A stretch of DNA of 57,075 nucleotides, filler included, from Sphacelaria rigidula (GCA_964200075.2; 8 parts of 8 records of this genome joined end to end with filler, not necessarily neighbours in it), one strand, 5' to 3'. Numbered from the whole stretch's first letter, positions 24,701 to 37,675 are shown. The notes: generated from the letters alone by a model not told the origin. A program made the numbers and translations.

Positions 24701-26714
24701 CGGCTTCCTCTCTCGCGGACCGATATCGATGAATCCCGCGCGCATCTGGTCCCGCAGCTTCCTGTCGGCGTAGTTAATACCCTCGAATTGCTGTAACCCC
24801 CACCCCCCGCACCCCAGCCCCGTCGAGAAAAAAGGGGGGGGAAGTGGGGTAGTAGGGAAAAAAACAAGCAACAATAACAGAAAACGTGAAACACCGTACA
24901 GTAATGGCGAGAATGTACCGTACAACAGCAGTGTACATGGACGGTACAGTTACAGTACGTACACGTGCACAATACGATGTCGTGATAGAGTACACACACC
25001 TGAACTCCATCTCCGGTGTCGAAGCTGAAGTCCAGCATGTCTCCCTTCTCGGCAACGTTCAGTTTGTCCTGGAGCTCCGCCGTCTTCTTCATCCCGCGCT
25101 CCAGCACGGCGTCTAGGTCTTCATCCGTGATTCCCGCCTCCTTGCTCCGGAAAACCGCATCGGCGCCAAACCTTTCTCGCGGATAAATCAAAACGTGTAC
25201 CGCGTGAGTGAAGTTCATGGGGAAAAAAAAACAGTGGCGGAGACAGTGCACAGGGTTGCCTTTGCAACAAACCCCGCCGCGCGGCAAACGCTTCCACACC
25301 CTGGAGAGCGCCGATAGATCACGTTGTCAAAAATCATACTGCGTACAGTATGGAATATTTTTGTGTAACGCAATAGACGCAAAAGCCGATAATATAATAT
25401 ACGCAGTACGCTTTCTTCACCGTTGTCACCAATTGTTACTTCCCAGGGTGTGCGTGTTTCACACATCCCATGAGTCATAATTCGGGGCAGGGGCGCATTA
25501 CAAGAAATCTCACGGCAAAGTTTTCTTCAAATTTGAAGGTATTGGGTTTCAAAAGCAGGGGCTGGAGACAACAGGGGGAAACATCACAGTGGAGTAAAAA
25601 TAGCACGCATGATTGTGGTCCCCCCCTTGACTGGCCGTGAGAGTGCGTCATCTGGTCCTGCCTTTATTTTTCAAGTGAAATTGATGCTGATTCAACAGAT
25701 GACCTCTTCTTGTGGTCCTACGGCTGAATTGCCAATGCACCTCCGCGCACCGTAGGTCAGGCCGCCATCCGAACAGCGTATGAACTGTACAGCACTGTGG
25801 GGCTGTGCTACATGGGTATAGTACCCTGTACCGTACAGTAAAGTGCAGAATAATATCATGTAATGTGCAGCACCGTACCAGATCGCGTCAGTAGAGATTA
25901 CCCCAGCTGCGTTATAACCTACCCACGGTTGATATTACTTGATTTTAGTTTCAACAATAAGAATCGAGTCTTTAGTGGGTCCGACAGTCCCGTGAGCTTC
26001 AAGCGTGGGCACTACGCGTTTTGTACGGTCCATCAACACACTTTCCTTAGGGACCCCCTATGCACCCCCCTTGCCCGAGGGTTCTCATCATGTCTTGGGT
26101 TGTGGTTGGGGTTTAGGCTAGGTTTAGATATAGTCATGAAAAGTGTCAACCATGGGTAGGTTGTAGCTCAACGGGTGAACATTGGACGGCGCGAGGGTGC
26201 AGAACTGTATCGTCGTCAACTGCTGGAATGACTCGCGCAGCGTTAGTAGTGTTCACTTTGTCGACTAGAACTTTCGCGGATACTTTTTTTACTTAATTTG
26301 AGTTTACACACCGATATTCATACCTTCGATGGGGCTGACGGTCCCAGGTGTTCCTAGCGTGCGCATAACGTATTCTCATCACAATGGGCGCCACAGGCGC
26401 CGATTTCAGATCTACCCACGCTACAAATTACCTAAAGAATACTTTGCACCCCTCTCGCCCACGGGTTCTTGGTATGCCTTGGGTTGGGGTTAAGGTTAGC
26501 GATAGCGTTGGTCCGAAATAATATAATTCCGAGACATGTATTCGAACAGTCAAGCAACTGAGTGGTCAACATACCTCCGTAGCGTAGACATGCTACCGGA
26601 ACGACTCAAACAATGATGAGCAAAAAACAAACGAATCGTAGGACTCGTATCATTTGGATACGTACATGCAATGGAACATGGCGATACCTGGAAAATATAC
26701 TCCTAGTACATGCT

Positions 26715-26755
<41 letters not shown>

Positions 26756-27861
26756 TTCCATCACAATTTTCCTTGACGCTCGTCTACACCTTCCAGTGCG
26801 TGTAGGTGTACCAACCGCGGTCATACAGAAGGAAGGTCACACAGGAGCTGCGTATTTTTCATGGTTTCCCCCCCCTCCTTTCGCGATGCGAGGTCAATGG
26901 TCTGATGACTGTGGCATGTATGATCATGAATAAACACCCTCGTTCAGCGGTGCTTCCCTTAATTTTTATCGCGAGAAGGATTTGGCCGTCCGTTTTCCTC
27001 ATCGATGATTACATCGATTTTTCATCCATCATATGCTGTCCGCGTTTCATTTGGAGGAGGGGGTGCACTGATGATCTTTCATGCCATAGTCATGAGACCT
27101 CCTCGATCTCGCATCTGTACGAAGCCGGGACGGAGCACGTCGGGTTTTCACCGGCAAGTCACCAAGCGCGAAGCGCCGTGATGTGTTCGGCGAGTCACAT
27201 GAATGGTGAGCTGCATCCTGCAGCCAAGATTGTTCGACTCGAAGCGTACTGATTATCTTGCATATGGTTCACAGACTGCAATGAGATGCTTCATTTTCTG
27301 GTATCGCCGCGTCCAGACGCAGCCATGGCTTACGCCCTGCCTCGTGCGTGTCGCACACGTGAAGGGGGGCGCGACGACAACAACGACGATGATAGCGACA
27401 TCCTTTCAAGCACGTATATACTTGTAAACAGCCGTCAACACAACACGATGTAACTCAGATATACCTGATGGCTGCGAGCATCTCATCCTTCTCTAGCTTC
27501 TTCTCCCCCTGCAGCATGCCCCTCTGGACCACCATTGCATCGAGCTTAAGCTTTTGCTGCGCGCGCTCCACAACCTTCTCTTCGATGGTGTCTTCCGTCA
27601 CTAGTCTGTAAACCTTAACGAAGACAAGAAAAAAAGTAATAGAAACGAAAAACGTATGCAACAAAAAAGCATGTAATCAGAACAAAAAACAAAAAAAATC
27701 AACATGATGCTACTTTACGCAAACGTACGTTATCCTCACGGAAAAGCATGCACAGTACAGTACATACGCTGTTATGCAGTGTATTCAGCCCATGCTGAAC
27801 TCACCTTAACCGTCTTGGTCTGACCAATCCGATGGCATCGGTCTTGCGCTTGCAGGTCCGC
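21766..27861 (-). CDS. ISWI: ISWI-type SNF2 chromatin-remodeling ATPase (partial: end of HELICc through HAND/SANT)
   Basis: Six phase-compatible GT-AG exons: 27861-27805 (ADLQAQDRCHRIGQ, motif VI), 27613-27465 (VYRLVTEDTIEEKVVERAQQKLKLDAMVVQRG), 25171-25000 (FGADAVF...DEDLDAVLERG), 24790-24661 (FIDIGPRERK), 22594-22464 and 21960-21766 (EGFGDW...F...YGR, SANT). Confidence 0.92.
23943..24268. repeat. 84-bp minisatellite (4 units) with a conserved 44-bp half containing GGTCATG-NNN-CATGACC
   Basis: Units start at 23943, 24017, 24101 and 24185; lies inside an ISWI intron. Confidence 0.88.
25904..26174. mobile_element. IR-bounded element with telomere-like repeats; related adjacent copy 26216-26561
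   Basis: IR TATAACCTACCCACGGTTGA / TCAACCATGGGTAGGTTGTA. The internal block TGCACCCC..GCCC..GGGTTCT...TTGGGTT..GGTT(T)AGG is shared with 26444-26499. Confidence 0.6.
26737..27010 (-). mobile_element. Degenerate SINE copy interrupted by a LINE family B 3' fragment (26886-26934)
   Basis: The SINE body resumes after the insert. Degenerate duplicated flanks: ccccctcctttcgcg / caccctcgttcagcg. Confidence 0.65.
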
Positions 27862-28314
27862 CTGTTTTTTTGCGTCATTTTCCAACACACGCACACACGT
27901 GAGTAACGAAAATAATGATTAAAAACACCTGCGCTCTGTGACATATGAACATGATTCGATAGAATAAGCCTGCTCGACTCAAGGACCCAACACGCGTCTT
28001 TCGCTTCTCGAACTGAGCAAAAACACTGTCAAGTATGGCCTACGAGTAAGCGTATACCAGGAGCACAGGACTGCACTTACATTCCCTATTTCATCCTCGA
28101 CGACTTCCACTGAACCAGTGCGTGACATCTAACGCACATTCAGCCCATTTCCAAGCTTGACGCCGAAGACCACCCCCCCCCCCCCCCCCCCCCCCCCCCC
28201 CACCCCCCCCACCACCACCACCCCCCCACGCCCCCCCCCCTCCCCCATCAACACACGGACGCACGCATCTCGTACCCCGCCCCAGCACACAAACACAAAC
28301 ACAGGGGTGAGAAA

Positions 28315-28475
28315 GGTGCCTCATCTCGAAAGGGATGCGTGGTCAAGGGTCAAATGACTACGGTAAACAAAAACTGAGTATCCCCCCCCCACCCCACGAG
28401 TGCCACGAGTGCTCCGTCTCGAAAGGGATGCGTGGTCAATGGTCAAACGACTAAGGCAAACAACACATGAGAACG
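28315..28475 (+). mobile_element. Two stacked LINE family A 3' fragments, each followed by a C-run
   Basis: 28315-28380 with C-run 28382-28390; 28409-28475 with C-run 28476-28488. Confidence 0.8.
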
Positions 28476-28649
28476 CCCCCCCCCCCCCNNNNNNNNNNNN
28501 NNNNNNNNNNNNNNNNNNNNNNNNNNNNNNNNTTAATTAATTAANNNNNNNNNNNNNNNNNNNNNNNNNNNNNNNNNNNNNNNNNNNNCTCCAGTCGACT
28601 ATAGCAGAAACGCTGCCCCGTCCCTGCTGGCGGGGGGGGGGGGGGGGGG

Positions 28650-31600
28650 GGGGCGCGCTTCGTGTCCGAAACTTTTCTCTCGACGAACCCTCGGTATTGT
28701 GCGCAGATTCTCGAGGTCTGGGCATCTCAAAATAACGCGGATTGTTGGTGTCTTCAACACAGCTGCGCAGTATTCTCAAGTATTATCTCTACACTTAATG
28801 CAACACCGCTGAATCAGTCCCAAAATGTCGCTGAATCCCGTGGCTTCCTAACGTGCCGCTCGAATTCTCGCTGCATTCTGGGTGTGCCGATTTTGCATCA
28901 CGATACTGTCGAGGATTGGGAATTTGAGCCTTTTGGTAGTAGGAGTAGTAGAGGTTGCGCCGGGGTTGCATCCGAGACGTCTCCGAATTGGTGGATGATG
29001 CGAATCTTCCCGGCGTTCCCTCCGAAATGCAGCTTCATTGGCTAAAATCAGTACATGGATACAGGATGTATGTTCCAGTTTCATTTCTCGCAGCAAGCTC
29101 ACCATAATCAAAGTTTGATCTTTTTCTCGAGTGTCGCCCCTTCGTTGATTCCCCAGCGATCCAGTCGTGGTCACATAATGAAATGATCTTGTTCAGCCAT
29201 TTTCTGAATGGTGTTCGATGGGCAAGGTGCTAGAGCAAAGCAGTACAGTAGCAGAGTTGGTGCTGGGACAAAACAAATGAAGAACGTCCGTCAATCCGTC
29301 GCCTGCTACCATATTTTCAAGAACATCAAGCAAATGCTGAGGTATTCTCGGAAGTGGCGTGCCAGTCCCCACGACAGAGGAGGATCGGAACCGTACCTCA
29401 CACAAGGCCGCACTAAGAGAGAATTGTTACGTTGTCTGCCGTTGCATGTTCGGTTGGGCTATACCTCCATCATTGTACCTCAACAAACATCTTTGCACGC
29501 AAGATACACCGATCAGCTAGGTGGACACTGTTGTACTGTGCTGTCTGCGTGGCGCCGATGGACACCAGCCATCATGCCAACAACAGCACGACAACCAGCT
29601 ACAGGATAACTGCTGCAATACTCCACAAGAGGGAAAAATTCCTAACGCGCATACAATCTTTCGCCCGGTTCCCATGTTTTGCTCGGGCACCGTGACACAA
29701 CGCACTGGACAGAGCGAAATGCAACACTGGTGAATCATATCCAAACAAATAGCGCGGGCACCGCCCGCAAGACAGGCAGACGCAGCTGTTCAGAAAGCAC
29801 TGGGTGGGACAAGGAGCGGGCTGCGGATGTCATTCATAAAGTGGTTTCTCATGCGGCAGATGCTGCCCGTGCCTGCTGCATTATTTTTTTTTTTGCACGT
29901 AGCCGCAGTACAGTGTCATCAGTACCGTCGTAACGGTCATGATTACACAGGGCCGCGCGCCTGTGTGTGTGTGCATCTGTTGTCACCCCATCGTTTCAGG
30001 ACGACAGCCTCCACTTTTCGGTATATGTGGGCGAATCAGCCGCGGTCATACAGGAGGAACTTAAAACGCAGGATTTTTTTTCTTATTTTTTCGTTTGTAT
30101 TAGCATTCCACCGTTCCTCTACGGCACTTGCCCGATTTTATTATCGCGAGAAGCGTCCAGCGGTTCTCTTCCTTATGGTCGAATTTTTTTGTATCCACGG
30201 CGCAGTCGCTCTCCCCTATTGGGCATGATGTGAGGGGAAATCCCAGATCGTGCGACTTCACCGAGATTTGAACTCGCGTCCCACTCGTAAGAAGGGTTCA
30301 AGGTTACTAACTGAACCACCGGGAAAACCGACTGGCGGAGAAGGCACTATACTGCACCGTATCGCAGCTACTTGTACGTACTACGCACGAAAGCACCGCC
30401 GGGAGTTGTACAACTTTCGCCACGTGCCGCATTAAAGTGCACGTAGCTATAACGAGAATATACACCGCTTTTGAGAGAGTTTCGGAAAAACTTGGACATT
30501 TTTTTCAGGTTCAGGACGCAAGAACTCAAGGATGGGGGCTTTGAAAAACTTCAGGACGTAGACTGGCGTGACGCGGCTTGACGTTACTTCATCGTTCGCA
30601 GCGACTGGCCACAGGTTGCCCCACTTAATGTGAGGTCAACAATCCGATTTGAATAATGCGTAGGCCAGCACAGCCTTGAATAGATAGTGCATCAGAGTTG
30701 TACCGTACCCTACCGTGCCGTACCGTACCGTACCGTACCGTACCGCAATGTGCCGACGGCACGGTACATACAGTACGGCAGTACTTCCATACAACAGACA
30801 TAGCGGCATCGCAACAATTTCCGCAACATGACACCCACAACAGAGGTGGAAGACACTATGATGTCTGACAAAACGGCGATGCGGCCAAGTTTCTGGGCGA
30901 TAGACTACGAATTGTTTACACCGTCTTCTTCCAGCTGAGGCTGGCGATAGCTAGGCGCTGCACCCAAGGTAACGTCTTGAGCGCACCGAGCATCTAAAAT
31001 TCACGCAACACAACCAAGTGAACGCTGATAACATGGCACCGGTAGGGAGATCCCCTGTCTGTGGTGTCAAGGGTGGCTACTTCGTGAAGGGTCCGTGGTG
31101 ATGAGAATGAAAGTTGTGATGAATGTCCCACTTTGCTTGTGAGGGTACATTGATTGTGAACTGGCTGTGATAGTGGTGGTGGGAGCGGTGGTGATTTCTC
31201 TTCGTTCCATCCTGAGTTCTGAAAGGCACTCAAGACTTCAGGATGGACGGCTAAAAGTTGGGCTTCGATCCTGAAAAGTTTATCCTGATTTTTTCTTCAG
31301 GACAAGGGGGCCCACATAAGAATATCACGGCACTACGGTCTCTCCCCTCCCTCCCTCCCAAGGGGTCGAGAATAAGGAAATGACCACATGAGCAGTGCAA
31401 AAATCTTATGTTTCCCGTTTCTCATATACGGAAGTAAACGATCACTCGCATCACCTAGCGTCCGCCTCGACGTGAGCAGCCCCAAACCGAGGAGTTTGGG
31501 TGGATCAGTTGTTCTTGTGGCCGTAGGGGAGCAAATTTGCCGGCTGGATAATGACTTTTGAGTCGCGGTGAAAGCTGCATAATGAGTATTGAATCGCGCT

Positions 31601-33125
31601 AGCTTCGGCGAGACCGGTGGTCACCGACTTCGTACTGCCGCCAAGCTGCTGCAGTGGCACGGCCGCCATCCTGGGGAGGGCGGTGTACGACGAGTAGTTC
31701 TGTGCTGCTACCGAATGATATGCAATATCTTGTGCAATATACATGCTGTGCTTGTGATGTAACCTGACTTCGGGATTTCCAAGCGGCATAGAGATCTCAC
31801 GGTTTTCCATGTATGTGAAGTATGTGAATTTCATATGATCACGTAGTTTGCCCGCGTTTGAGCAGACAGCGACGGTCATCCAACGTGCATCTCTACATGT
31901 CGTCGTCATACTGGACTGCGGGACAACACAAGGACAGATTGGGAAGGAAGTGTTATAGTCTTATTTTATTCTTATTTTCTAAGATCGCAGTACAGTAAGT
32001 ACTATCGCCATCAACCAACGACCAGGGGGTACCCCTCATCAAGTTGGGGTACCCCACCCCTGCTCCTGCCCCAGAATGATGTTTCGGCGACAAGGCGGGC
32101 CCTGGTGCCGTGACATTCTGGTGTAGGGTCCCTTGCTAAGGATGGGATTTGTGCCGTTACCGGCTTTCCCCCGTCCTGATCCCGAGTTGGGACAAAACAG
32201 TTTATAAAACTCTCTTGTCAAGTGCTGTTCGGTACTATCCTCAGCTGTGCCTCTGCGAGGAGTGTGAGCGCGGTGAACTTTAACTTCACAGACAGTACAC
32301 GGCCTCGCGCATGGGGCATACTGTTTTCCTGAGTAGGGACATGTGTGGGGACGTGCAGGGCTGCCAAAGCGGTTTTAGTGGCGTTCTTCTAGTGTGAAAT
32401 TGTTCAACACCCCTGTTAGCCCGGACAGTGTCGCTGTTCACAACGTATGTCGGGATATGGTACAGCGACACGTGTCGCCGATCCTACTCCACGATGTACT
32501 ATTTCGACGGGTACTGCGACGCCCCCCTCTCGACATCTTGTCAGAAAAATAATTTGTCTTCAATGACGAAGTCAGCCTACCGTAGGTACTTACGCTCGGT
32601 TCAACTCAACAAATGTTAAACCTCGTATCTTGAGGGCGCCTACCTGGTCGTGATGTATTGTTATTTGGGGAGCTATCAGGGGCATCAACTGAAGGGCCGC
32701 CTCGGCCACCCCGGCCTCGACCTCTACTGCTGCTGTTTCTGCCACCCCTTGCTCTTCCTCGACCTCTACCACCACCACCACGGCCTCCTCTGTTGCTATT
32801 GTTGCGCGAGTGGTTGCCGCTGGGTGTGGCAGTGTGGTTGCTGTTGTTGCTGTCGCCTGTCGTCGAGGTCGGGTTCGTGGCAGGATGTGTAACCTGGTGC
32901 TGATGGCCTGCTTCGCTCATGATTGTGTTGGCTTCTTCTTGTTGTACTAAAGAGCAATCCGTTTTGAGGAGTTAGATGAGTGGTACCAGGTGGGATACTC
33001 CCTTTTGAAAGAGAGATCCTGTTTGTCTCGACGGAAACACGACAAAACGCGTTGCTGCTGGACAATAGTGGTAGTCCAGGGTGCTTTCTCGAATGACGAT
33101 GAATTAGATGTTCCTGTTGGGTCAC
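28650..33125 (-). pseudogene. Probable degenerate L1/Tx1-like LINE (RGG-rich ORF1-like region followed by APE endonuclease remnants), with nested inserts
   Basis: RGG-rich segment 32690-32800, then LKI..NI..LN...FF*QD (APE N-terminus-like). GLTDVLHLFCP and DQTLIMVSL (APE C-terminal-like) lie at 29090-29310. Many stops. Confidence 0.35.
29963..30332 (-). mobile_element. Full-length tRNA-derived SINE (diverged)
   Basis: Reverse complement aligns with 8421-8775, including the A/B boxes and tail. Confidence 0.8.
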
Positions 33126-34907
33126 GGGACTGTCAGAAATGAGAGGACCACCGGGATCGTACTGGGGACCGTGCTGCAGGTCGGATCAGAGAAATCAGAA
33201 TCCTGCCTACTGTGAACAGCGAATGATCACAACGCCTGTCCGCGCTGGGTCGGCTTCGGCAAAGGATGGGCCGTCACAAGCATCATCGCAAAAGTCATAA
33301 ACGCAAGCACCATAGTAAGCGCCGAGGCTCTAGCCCTCCCAGGTATGCCGGTAGCCGTAGACTGCCTTACATGTTGCAACAACACAATGAGCTACCAAAT
33401 CGGTGATTATCAGGACATATGACGGAGTATAACACCCCCTGGTAACTCCTTTTTCAAGCTCGACATTCTTCGAAGAAAGAACCTTGCACTCCCGAAATGT
33501 TCACACATATAGAAAATTCTGAACAATAGATTTCCTACAGTACAAGCTCAAGTGTTGTTATCATTTAGTTCTCCAACAAAGAACTTAAGAATGTCTCCCG
33601 TGCTCGGGAGGGGTGCGGGAGGGGAAGGGTGGTGCCAAGCGGGGGTTCAAGGCTCTGTTGTCCCGTCAAAATGTATGACGTTCCCGGCGCGCCTATGTGT
33701 GTGTGTGTACTGGCACTCTGTGCCCTGTGAAGGGGGGGCTGCTACACGTAAAGTGTTACTAGTGCACTACACTGCGCGAGATTGCAGAAGCTAAATAGTT
33801 CGCTCAAAAACTCGAGTACCGTACTTTTTTCCCGGTGCAATCGTCCTTGGTATGTATGATGGAGTGCGCCTTCTGTACTATTGTCGGAACGGCCCAGTAC
33901 AAAACATGCCGAGATGGGGAGGGACCACAACAGGTGCCCGTAAACCTGTTGGGCGTCGTATCTATTGAGCTTCGTTCATTGATACTCCGTTTCGACTGCA
34001 CTGTTGATTTGATTACTGTTGAATTTCTACAGTACTGTCAGGCTATGTCTTCTCAAATTGTTTCGTGTCGAAAACGTGCGGTCGAATCGAATTTGCTCGT
34101 TTCTGATTCGTCCACGCTACTGATTTTCTGAGATGGTTGAGAACATGAATGCGGTGGACGTATCAGGTACGAGCAAATTTGATTCCACCGTACGCTTTCG
34201 AGTCAAAAACAATTTGACAAGACACCGCCTCAGAGGGGGGCAAGGATAGCGGGTATACGATAGCGGGTACACGGGGTATCACCCGAGACAGCAGGCGTAC
34301 GGGGAACAGCCTCTTCCTCTCTTGGGATTCCCCAGACGTATGATGGATGATGCGCCCACATATCCCGAAAGGGGTAGACAGGCGCTCAGAGGAAATGGGA
34401 CGATAACACACACATGATGCGTGCCGTGGGTACGATTTGGACGGGTCTTGCTCAAAGGCAAGAATAGGATGTGTTATGAGCTGACGAGATGTGGGGCGGA
34501 GAGACCCGCTCACCAACTAAAGAGTGTGACACTAGGTGAAGGCGGGCGATGGCAATTGCTCAACACTGGAAGGGTGCAGTATGGGTTTCACACGTCGGAC
34601 GGATCAGCTCGTGACAGATACGGGTCAGCTCATTTCGGGCATGGATCATGATCCGTCCGAGGTGACCTGTCACCCGTACACGTTTGTCCGATGCTGATCC
34701 GTAGGACCCGCTTGACCCGTACATGTTTGCCGAGCGACCAGCTGTACGACCCGCTTCACACACACCTCGTGTACAACTGATCTGCAGACCCGTGTCATCT
34801 GTACAACAACGAATAGTTGTCATTTATATCACTCGGATCAGGCAAGCGTAGTAGCTTGTCGTCGATCCGTGCGATTTAAATCTCATGTACACCAAAAGCT
34901 ACCCCTT

Positions 34908-35140
34908 AGGCCGTGTCTTAGCACATCAGTTTTTGATCGAAAAAGTGCGGTGGAAAACAAAAATCTTGATGTGATAGGCCGTGATTTCAACCATCTTCAA
35001 AATTCACGACGATGGTTGAAATTACGATATATCAAATTGGGATTTTTGTTTTCCACCTCACAATTTCGATCGAAAACTCTTGTGCTTAGGGCCTGTCTTG
35101 GCACTTTTCTTTTCGATCGAAAGAATGGGGCGGTGGAATC
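34908..35140. mobile_element. Foldback MITE(s), possibly Tourist/PIF-like
   Basis: ~80-bp imperfect arms around a 15-nt loop (34996-35010). TTA|GGCC-type termini at ~34908 and ~35089 begin a direct repeat. Confidence 0.55.
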
Positions 35141-35399
35141 GATCTGAGCGAAAATTTATCATCTCGATGCAGTTCGGTCTGGATGGATTTTCAAGCTTTC
35201 GATAAAAAAAATACGGTGAAAGCGTGAAACGGCACACGGTCACTCGTGTACAGTACAGACAGGCTGTACTGTCTGCAGTGCTTCCAAGCAGGGTGTGTTG
35301 AGTGCGTGTGTGTGTTTCGTGCAGGAAGATATAAAGGAGAAGCAGGCAACGTGCAGTGCAGACAGCCTGGGACTATCATTTCTCTCTGCTTACAATGTG

Positions 35400-35635
35400 C
35401 TGTTGTTGTGTTGCCGTCCCATTTATTCTGGCGCCAAACTACACCTTTCGGTATATGTGGGCGCATCAGCCGGGGTCACACAGGAGAAAGGTCAACACAG
35501 GAGCTTTTTATTTTTTATTGTTTCTAGTACCCCACGTTCCTTCTGTGGTGCTTGCCTTTATTTTTCATCGCGAGAGGGGTTCAGCAGTCCCTTTCTCTCG
35601 TCAACCTTTGAGTCGAATTTTGTGTACCCACGACA
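35400..35635 (-). mobile_element. SINE, 3' two-thirds (cut by contig end)
   Basis: Aligns with the SINE body and tail. Confidence 0.8.
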
Positions 35636-35735
35636 NNNNNNNNNNNNNNNNNNNNNNNNNNNNNNNNNNNNNNNNNNNNTTAATTAATTAANNNNNNNNN
35701 NNNNNNNNNNNNNNNNNNNNNNNNNNNNNNNNNNN

Positions 35736-35790
35736 GTAGGGATGCGAGGTCAATGGTCTTATGACTATAGCATGCATGATCATGAGTACA
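35736..35790 (+). mobile_element. LINE-like family B 3' end abutting C8 run; other copies 44166-44224 and 26886-26934
   Basis: GGGATGCGAGGTCAATGGTCTTATGACTATAGCATGCATGATCATGAGTACA + C-run; collinear with the family A end. Confidence 0.7.
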
Positions 35791-35862
35791 CCCCCCCCGA
35801 CTGGCGTCTCGCACGCTCTCGTCGTTGGGCACCCGGAGGGTCACTCACATACAACACAGGTG

Positions 35863-35956
35863 GCCACTGGGATGCCTGCAACCTCAAATTTGGACGTTGC
35901 AGACGTTGCACAAGGTCTGTAACGTCCAGATTTGAGGTTGCAGGTACCCCAATGGC
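35863..35956. mobile_element. 94-bp near-perfect hairpin element with 8-bp direct flanks CACAGGTG
   Basis: ~42-bp arms; CACAGGTG at 35855-35862 and 35957-35964. Confidence 0.7.
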
Positions 35957-37574
35957 CACAGGTGATGTCGAGTAAAATCAACGATGAATAACACCGCCCA
36001 AGTTCAAATTGGATACATCTGTTGTTTTCGCCGCAGCAGCGTTCTTGCTGGCATGTGTTTGACAGAGAAAAGTAGTGGCGGTGACGGGAGCATTGCCCTA
36101 TTTTTCAACGACATGTTTTTCAGCGCATAGAGGCGCGTCCTGTCCACAAAGAGAGGCAGAGAGAAATCGATCTTCGCATTGGTGAGCTCGTCAGGCAAGA
36201 AGAGACGAAATCTGTCCGCAGATCGATGTTCTTGCACATGGAAAGTTGGGTATGTGCTGGTAACATCGATGATGCCAGTCTCTCGAGCGATTGGTAATCG
36301 CCAAGCGTGGACACTAAAAAACACGGGCGAGGAGCTTCCTCTCTGCCGTTGCTTCTCTATCCGGTAATGTATATAGTCATCGACACGCGTGTACACCGCA
36401 TTCATTCGGTGCACCTAGCCACAACTGATTCCTCGCTGCAGAGTTCCGGGGGGAGATATGGGTTTGCTCTATGTAACTGTGTCGCGTGATCCCTGCAAAA
36501 ACGATATGCCACTTGAACCTCATTTTTCATATGGACCCCATTTTTCAGGATCCGTTGTTAGATGTTGCGCCTAGTGAAGATAAAAATGGTGGGTCAAAAT
36601 TTCAGCGCCCAACTCTTCGAATTACCCACAGCATCGCCACAACACATTCAAAAATCATTGTCGGCTGGCCCAGCCTGTATGGGTTTTGGGAAGCAGCTTT
36701 GCCCCCAAAGTCCGCAGCAAAAATACCGTTTTGATTTTCCCTCGGTTTAGTCTTTTTAGCACAGCAGCATATGCAGAAAGAAGTAGTGTTGAACACAACT
36801 TGACATGGACAGCGAGTAGCACGAACAACGTAAAACAAACGTGACGTGTATCCGGCGTGCACGGAAGTTCAGGGCAGGAGAAGGGAGCAAGCATGCGATA
36901 CAGCAGCAGGAGACGTTTTTTTTCATACTTTTCGGTTTCTCTGATTTCGGCGGTGACAGATTGTCGAAAATCTAGGTGTATCCGGTTTCATACGCTGCTA
37001 GATTTTCACACAGTCGTACAGAGTCGTATCACCACTTTCGGGAAACGTCGGACAGTGTTTCCCAAGGTCGGCCTGCCGAGCAGTGTGTGCCCCGTTGTGC
37101 TTGATCGTGTTGAAGAATTGGTAGGTGCATGGCGAGTGACACTCAAAGCCATGCCGAGAGCAGAAAGCGGCGCGGATCTGCTGTAATCGCCCTCAAAAGC
37201 CGGCGAAGGAAAGCATCTCACCAGGTCAGGGCGCACCATCGACAGTAGTAGTAGACTACATCAATAGAAGTGTATGTACAGTGTAGGAGCGGAAAGATTG
37301 TTGCTGCGGTACGAGGTACACGTTTTTTCCGATGTAGGCTGTTGCCCAGGGTGTCCCATTGTCACGGCCGTGACCTCGGGAGTTGCTCAAGCCTCAAAAA
37401 GTACTCAGCAAACTTGATATGCAGCCGCATGTCTCTGCAGGTGCTTTGAGGGTCCAAAACCAATCACTCGCCGCTGTCTTGATACACTAGGGTTTCACGT
37501 TGTACGCAATGATCGCTGTTTGTGTCAAGTTGTGCCCACCATTATTTCTGCATTCCTTCCTCATATGCCGCTAT

Positions 37575-37675
37575 CGTGTGTTGTCGTCGTCCCTTCTATT
37601 CTAGGCGCCGGACTACACCTTTCGCTGTATGTGGGCGTACCAGCCGGGGTCACACAGGAGGAAGGTCAACCAGGG
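37575..37675 (-). mobile_element. SINE 3' fragment
   Basis: Aligns with the SINE tail; abruptly interrupted at ~37678. Confidence 0.7.

Noticed and set aside
713-27861. Chromatin gene cluster (OGT-like, JmjC, ISWI)
   Set aside because: The genes are on different contigs joined by artificial spacers.
36004-37239. Possible host-gene exons
   Set aside because: Some plausible splice sites, but no recognisable domain or consistent frame.
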